Source: Eledone cirrhosa (taxonomy: Eukaryota). Taken from it: a DNA stretch of 64,000 bases. The position numbers and the translations under genes were made by a program. Shown piece by piece: positions 56,903 to 64,000 of the stretch. Each line of letters opens with the position of its first letter. The stretch's first letter is position 1. Location of the stretch: positions 21,266,001 to 21,330,000 of the forward strand of contig OZ024760.1 of NCBI GenBank assembly GCA_964016885.1. Direction: 5' to 3'. The notes beneath the pieces were generated by a model that saw only the letters and a program-made list of their open reading frames with translations, did not search any database and was not told where the DNA came from.

Positions 56903-58845
56903 TTAAGATTTTATCAATTTTAAACTAGTAAGACCATTATTCAGCAGAGTTGGAATGTGTGATTATATCAGAAAGAGTCAGGGCCTGGCGGCTGAGCTCT
57001 TGCCGTTTCGGTAGCTAATTCCAATATTTGGAATTAGCGGTCGAAACACTAAGAGCTCAGCTGTCGGGCCCCAACTCCTTCTTATGTGTGTGTGTATATA
57101 TATATATATAGGTGGATTTCCGATGTATATCGCGAGGTGACCACAGTTAAAAAAGGTACTCAATATGTTAGTAAAGTATAGGCATATTCATTTTATGATA
57201 GAAATGACTTCTACATGACTAGAACTGTTTCATTCGTAAGAAATCACCAGGATATATATATATATTCAATTAGCATAAAAGCAGAGCCCATACCTTTATT
57301 TTGCGGACAATCGCCATCACCTAAATTTTAATAAGGTGAAACAAATTGTTGCAAGGGAGAGTTTATTCATTAAAAATAAAATCATGCTAAATAGTTATTG
57401 AATTTAATTATTCAAATCCTGCCGAGGTTAGCTCTGCTTTTCGTCCTTACGGGGTCGATAAAACAAAGTACCAGTAATTCACTGTGTCGATTTAATCGCC
57501 CCCACCCCTCTGCTATTATTAAGACAGAGACCAACTTTGCCTTTTATCCTTCCGGAATCGATAAGGTTTATACACGAAGGTTGATATAATCAACTTTTCT
57601 CTCCCTCCAAATTGCTGCATTGTGCCTAATTTAGAAAGCATTTTATTGGCAGTATCAGTAGAGGGTCGGACGCCATGCTTTGCAGTATAGAGTTACGTCC
57701 CTTTACGCTCTGAGTTCAAATCCTGCCAAAGTTAACTTTGCCTTTCATCCTTACGGGGTCGATAAAATAAAGTACCAGTAATGTACTGGGATAATTGCTG
57801 GCATTGTGCCAAATGTAGAAATAATTATATTAATACAGCTTATTTTACGGAACGAACCTTGAGGTACATTGGTACAGGAGTTCGATAGAATCGATACAAT
57901 ACGTTGATCAATTCAGTGAGAGATTGATCAAAATAGAGAGAGAGATTGATAGATAACTTGGTTCTAGTTTTTCTATTATATTTACACCTATGAGTTCGAA
58001 TCCTGCCGAAGTTAGCTTTGCTTTTCATCCTTATGGGGTCGATAAAATAAAGTACCAGGGCCGATTTAATCGATTTCCCCTTCCAAATTGTTGGCCTTGT
58101 ACCAAAACCAGAAACCATTATATTTACCATCAACTCTTATCAGGAAACTTTTTAAACATTTGTTGTAAAGTCACGAAGATGGCCAAACTCAACCAATGTC
58201 TGTCTGAACTAATCTGTCAACCTAGATTTAACCACACCTCTACTTTGAAACTAGTACAGGATTTACTATTGTATTTAAGTGTGCTTAAGCACTTGGCCCC
58301 GTTGGCCAGGGGGTCCCATCTCGCTACCAAAAAACATGTTACTATTAGTTTTTCAAATGTTTTTCATGTAAGGGGCCTCATAACTTAATTAGCCCAGGGC
58401 CTCATTTGTCCTAAATCCGGCACAGCTTCACACTAACAAGTCTTCCTGCTTTTTAGATATTTGTATTTGGTCTCCTATGATGGATATTACTATGGATTTT
58501 TATGATCGAAATGGCCTTTAGAATCTGCTTTTCGCTCGACCTGCTAGAAATAACAGCCAAATCTATATCTAATAACTACAGGTTTTAAGGAGTCATATTT
58601 GATAATGTCGTATATATTATATATGAGAGAGAGAGAGAGAGAGATACATTGTCTGAAGGAATAAGATGGACTTGACTGGAAGATCTTTGATTACTTACTA
58701 GAGGTATTTGCTTAATCATAACTGACCTAGGGCTAAACAAGTGTGTGTGTGTGTGTTGTTACTAATTAAATACTAGTAAGACCATTATTGAACTTAGTAC
58801 TCCAGAGCTTAAAGTGTAACCCACTGGGTTATATATATATATGCC

Positions 58846-58890
<45 letters not shown>

Positions 58891-59023
58891 AAATGTTCAC
58901 ACAACAGATATGTATGGAGTTACATAACTTCTATCAATCAGTCAACATATCGATTTACGATCAATTAGCCTTCTGAAACGACTGTAAAACAATGAACTAA
59001 TTAAGCACATATACTATGTATAC

Positions 59024-59096
<73 letters not shown>

Positions 59097-59828
59097 GTGT
59101 GTATGTGTGTAAAAGTAAACGGAAACAAGAAAGCAAACACAGTACAATGACACCATACATCCATAGGGGTGTCTCAGTGATGTCTTTAGTTTGCTATAGA
59201 AAGAGTTGCTGACTAATCAACAGGTTCTGTAGAAAGACGAAAACTTTGAAAAGTTCGTTGACTGTTGTAATGATGGTGGTGATGGTAGTGTTAAGGGTAG
59301 TTGTGTTGATAGTAGTTGTGGGAGTTGTGGTGGTGGTAGTAGTTGCGGTAGTGGTGTTGGTGATAGTGTTACTGGTAGAATGGTAGTTGTGTTGATAGTG
59401 GTGGTGATAGCAGTCGTTAATGGTGGAAGTTATGGGAGTTTTGCTGGTATATATTTGCTACAGTGGTTTGCACAAAATACAGTAAACATACAGATATGGT
59501 TTACATGTGGGGCTGGCTGGGCAGGCGAAATTATATATATATATGGGGTGGACGGCAACGATGTTATACAATAGACAGATTAATTTGATAAAACAAACAA
59601 CATTATTATGAACTACAATAATTAGATATATTTCTTTTCTTGGCTCCAAGGACCCGAGATATAGAAGGAAAAACTACACAGTAGGTTTTATATCGAGTAA
59701 AGGGGTAGAGGACATCAATAAAGGGGTGGGTATCAGTAGATCCAACAATATTTAACTAAGAAGAGTTTCCCAAAAGTGGTTTAGTCTGTTCTTTAGGGTA
59801 ACAATAATATCGCACCTGTATATATGTG

Positions 59829-59907
<79 letters not shown>

Positions 59908-60346
59908 CGGCTGACCAAATGAGGTTTATTTTTCAACAGAAACAATGCAGTTATTAATAAGAAGAGTTGAAATTAATTTATGCAAGATTTCATAGCTCTA
60001 ACACCACTCCTTCATAGTCAGCCTATGAACTTTTCAACCCATCCCCGTGTGTATATATATATATATATTTATATCTACACACAAGTGTTTCTACTTTTGG
60101 CACAAGGCCAGCAATTATCCCAGTGCATTACTGGTACTTTATTTTATCGACCCCGTAAGGATGAAAGGCAAAGTTAACCTCGGCGGGATTTGAACTCAGA
60201 ATTTATATCTACACATAATGTCGCTATATTGTGAAATATATATTTGGTTGAATAAGCTCAAAAGATTGTCGCACTAATTTGTTTCTGTATAACATTTTTT
60301 AAATTTATTTAAGTTACTATATGTATACATTTTACTAGACACACAT

Positions 60347-60409
<63 letters not shown>

Positions 60410-60477
60410 AACACAAGGTGCTCAATACATTTCTACGAAGTGTCGAGTGTGCACTTTGTATAAGATTATACACACTC

Positions 60478-60553
60478 AGGGTGTCCCCAAAACATGTATA
60501 CACCTATACAGGCAATCTTTATTAGAATGTGTGTACATTTTTGGGGGACACCC

Positions 60554-60591
<38 letters not shown>

Positions 60592-60632
60592 GGGTGTCCC
60601 CCAAAAATGTACACACATTCTAATAAAGATTG
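60478..60632. repeat. Small Tc1/mariner MITE plus a mirror copy of its right end across (TA)n
   Basis: CAGGGTGTCCCCAAAA..TTTTGGGGGACACCCTG. The segment 60513-60632 is a palindrome centred on (TA)n. Confidence 0.8.
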
Positions 60633-60842
60633 TGTACACACACACATACAAGCAGGCGTGAGTAGTATAGAATGGAAAGTAGGTGATGTATTTAAACAGT
60701 TCATCTGTGGTCTGTTGTTAGTCAGAAGAGATTTTCCCTCCAAAACTGTAAAACTGTCGTCCGTTATAAATAGTTTATTGTAACTAGAGCAAAATAACCC
60801 GACTGACACCCTCGCCATCATCCTTATACCGGTTAACTTGCT

Positions 60843-60873
60843 GTATGTATATATATATATATATGTATGTATG

Positions 60874-60928
<55 letters not shown>

Positions 60929-60929
60929 G

Positions 60930-61014
<85 letters not shown>

Positions 61015-61183
61015 GTATGTATATATATGTGTATATATATATATGTATGTGTATATGTATGTGTATATATATATATGTATGTGTATATGTATGTGTATAT
61101 ATATATGTATGTGTATATATATATGTATGTGTATATATATATGTATGTGTATATATATGTATGTGTGTATATATATGTATGTG

Positions 61184-61214
<31 letters not shown>

Positions 61215-61463
61215 GTATATATATATGCATGTGTATATATAAATATATATATGTGTATATATATATGTATGTGTATATATAAATATATATATATGTATAT
61301 ATGTATGTGTATATATATATATATGTGTATATATATATATGTATGTGTATATATATATATATGTGTATATATATATATATGTATGTGTATATATATATAT
61401 ATGTATGTGTATATATATATGTGTATATATATATATATATGTGTATATATATATATGTATGTG

Positions 61464-61496
<33 letters not shown>

Positions 61497-61535
61497 GTAT
61501 GTGTATATATAAATATGTATGTATATATATATGTG
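60843..61535. repeat. Compound (TA/TG)n microsatellite
   Basis: About 690 bp of TATG/TATA repeats. Confidence 0.95.
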
Positions 61536-61537
61536 TT

Positions 61538-62552
61538 GGGTCACTCTTGAGTGCTACTGGTAACATGTAACCCAGTACAACCTGTCGCATGGTCGGGTCG
61601 TCGGCGACTAAACCGGCAACCCCACCAAGTTTACTTGGTAAGGAGGGTGATTTTGGACACCCTGCAGGACAAAAAACCCTGACAAAGGGCGGAAGAACTC
61701 ATAAAAGTCAACGACCAGCCGAAAGTGTGTAATTATGTATATACACATGTACCGTACCACGCGGTTAAACCACTGGGAGTGAAGGACCCCCTAGCCTTTG
61801 CCAGGGCATTCTTCTAGGAAAAGGCAACTCAGGAAACTGGGGTAACGCCGATATAAAACCTGCGGCTCAGTAGTTACTGATGATGTTGATCTTTTCTTTT
61901 CGGGTTATAGCTACTGTCGCTCAGAGAGTGGGATTGGCTCAGTGCACAATCTTTCTTCATTTCAAAAAATATCTTCACGCACAGGCATTGCACGATAGAA
62001 TTAATTAATAATTATTAATAATGGTATATCGTGCAATGGCCATACTCGATAACGAGGGGGCAGCCATCATATATATATGTATGTGTGTATGTATATATAT
62101 ATAGATGCCAGTCCTACTCTCTGAGCGACAGTAGCTATAACCCGAAAAGAAGAAAAGATCAACATCATCGATAACTACTGAGCTGCAGGTTTTATATTGG
62201 AGTTATCCCAGTTTCCTGAGTTGCCTTCTCCTAGAAGAATGCCCTGACAAAGGCTAGGAGTTCTTCACTCCCAGTGGTTTAACCGCACGATAGGGTGTCC
62301 AGCCCGACTATTTCTATGTTCCCACGCATATACATACATATGTACTCCTGTATATACATATTTACACACTTTTGGATGGCCGTTGGCTCTTATGAGTTCT
62401 TCCGCCCTTTGTCAGGTTTTGTTTTTTGTCCTGCAGGGTGTCCAAAATCACCCTCCTCACTAAGTAAGCTTGGTAGGGTTGCCGGTTTAGTTGTCGACTA
62501 TGCGACATGTTGTACTGGGTTACATGTTACCAGTAACACTCAAGAGTGACCC
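61538..62552. repeat. ~400-bp diverged inverted repeat in lamin intron 1; related single copy at 41418-41605
   Basis: 61538-61938 is approximately the reverse complement of 62107-62552. Confidence 0.9.
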
Positions 62553-62924
62553 GATATATATATGTATTTATATACTCTTTTATGTATATATATATATGTA
62601 TGTCTTATAGTAGCTAAGATGCATCCATAGGCGGTATGCCGGTTGAGCACTCTATGCTCTTACGGAGCAGAGTATGATAGAATGGAAAACGAATAATCAG
62701 TGGTGCATCGGAACTCAATTTATTACGTACTACAATTGTTTCCCCGGTGAACAGCTTGAGGTGCGATCTGTTGGTGGATCGAACCTGACTCTGGATTTGC
62801 AAGCTCCTCAGGTACGTCTGTTGGTTTCAAAGCAGGTTCTAAAGAGGTGCCTACTGACTGTAGGTTTCGCTTTGTACATAGGCAAGGCGGCTCTTCTGTA
62901 TTACTGCATAGCGCCAAAGATCTC

Positions 62925-63015
62925 AGTCCAGTGACATTGTCTTAGAGAGGTGTAAGTGTATAAGATCGGAATTTATCAAATCGTCCCAGGTTTTTCTGGG
63001 TCTACCTACTCCGTA
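62925..63015 (-). mobile_element. Old RTE-like LINE 3' fragment
   Basis: GVGRPRKTWDDLINSDL. Confidence 0.55.
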
Positions 63016-64000
63016 ACTTCCATCAATTTTGTGGCCGATGCTCAGGTGCAATAAGTAGCAAGTGCCCACAGGATACTAGCTCCTATTGCCCAGATGGTTC
63101 TATAGAAATAGTGGACACCTTCTGTTACCTGGGTGACAAAATCAGCAGTGGTGGAGGGTGCTCTGAAAGTACAGTAGTTTTCTGTATTACTGCGTAGCGC
63201 CAAAGATCAATGGAGTTATTAATAAGAATAGTTAAAATTATTGCATGCCATATTTCAAAGCTTTAGCATCATTCTTTCATAGTCTATGAACTTTTTATCT
63301 CACACTCGTGTATATATATATATATAGATATATGCACTCATGTATGCAGGCGGTTGTTGATAGGGTTGGGAGTGGCACCAAGACCTGTCTATAGTCAAAC
63401 TTAATATATCTTGTCTAACCATTTAGCAAAATAATTTCTGTGGGCCTCGCGTGGGAGGTGTAGCGCCCTGTTTCTCTCTTTGTGTGTGTGTGTGTGTGTG
63501 TGTGCATTTCTTGGTCTTCTCTTCTCCCTTTTCTCTCTCTCTAATTCATATTTCTCTCATTCCCCCTCATACCTACACACCCCCACAATTTAAGAACTAG
63601 TTTCACTCGTTTGGCCACTTCCACTCTGTGACAATATGAACAATAGCCATGAAACTATGTCAAGAATTTGCACTGTGACATATATATAGTTGCATATATG
63701 TGTGTGTGTATCCCATCCCCTCATGCATTTATTTTAATGTTTGTTTTAGTTCTTATATTAGTGTTTACCTTCAACATTCTACAAAGGTGGGCGGGAGTCT
63801 CTTTTCTTTCTTCAGCCCATTTCAATAATTGGTTAATAGTATCAGGGGAAGCGTGTGTGTGTGTGAAGTATAGAATTTGGTGTGGTGATGAGTGGGTGCA
63901 GGAGATATTAGGGAGATAGAAAAAAAAAAAGGTTTTCTGAACTTCCATTATCATCTGTTGTCTATCAAAAGTTTTATTCTCTGTAAAGGTATTTTGAAAG

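Larger units (their letters stand above)
54525..64000 (+). other. Lamin intron 1 (incomplete, at least 9.4 kb)
   Basis: Starts with GTAAGT. No downstream lamin coil-1B exon was recognised before the window end. Confidence 0.75.

Noticed and set aside
60522-61590. YIYIHT-type long ORFs, and the many CV/ER/SL repeat ORFs elsewhere
   Set aside because: Translations of dinucleotide microsatellites.
61538-61625. Possible HDV-like or twister ribozyme at the start of segment A (also at 41418)
   Set aside because: Some helices exist (GGTCGCCGATGA/TCGTCGGTGACT, ACTGG/CCAGT), but I could not complete either pseudoknot consensus by eye. An Infernal search would decide it.

Overview
Eukaryotic, AT-rich, repeat-dominated genomic DNA. 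The repeat inventory points to an octopod cephalopod, which is an inference: Nin-domain tRNA-SINEs, Dong/R4, RTE, Tx1, Penelope, Helentron-type elements and dense microsatellites. The only host gene recognised is exon 1 of a nuclear lamin (54100-54524, +), with a compact E-box/NRF1/YY1 promoter; its first intron runs past the window end. The rest is transposon debris, microsatellites and minisatellites. Four patterns stand out. (1) The A-box head of one SINE family has turned into tandem arrays at four separate loci, including a ~4.7-kb array of 45-bp units nested inside a SINE inside a hAT MITE. (2) Two different minisatellites arose from the same ~80-bp coding segment of an RTE LINE. (3) At least seven dispersed Penelope-type type-I hammerhead ribozyme motifs are present, plus one candidate with a compensatory G3:C8 core. 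(4) Several fold-back palindromes occur, including a (TA)n-embedded hairpin family whose arms co-vary within each copy. All calls were made by eye, without database searches, and repeat boundaries are approximate.
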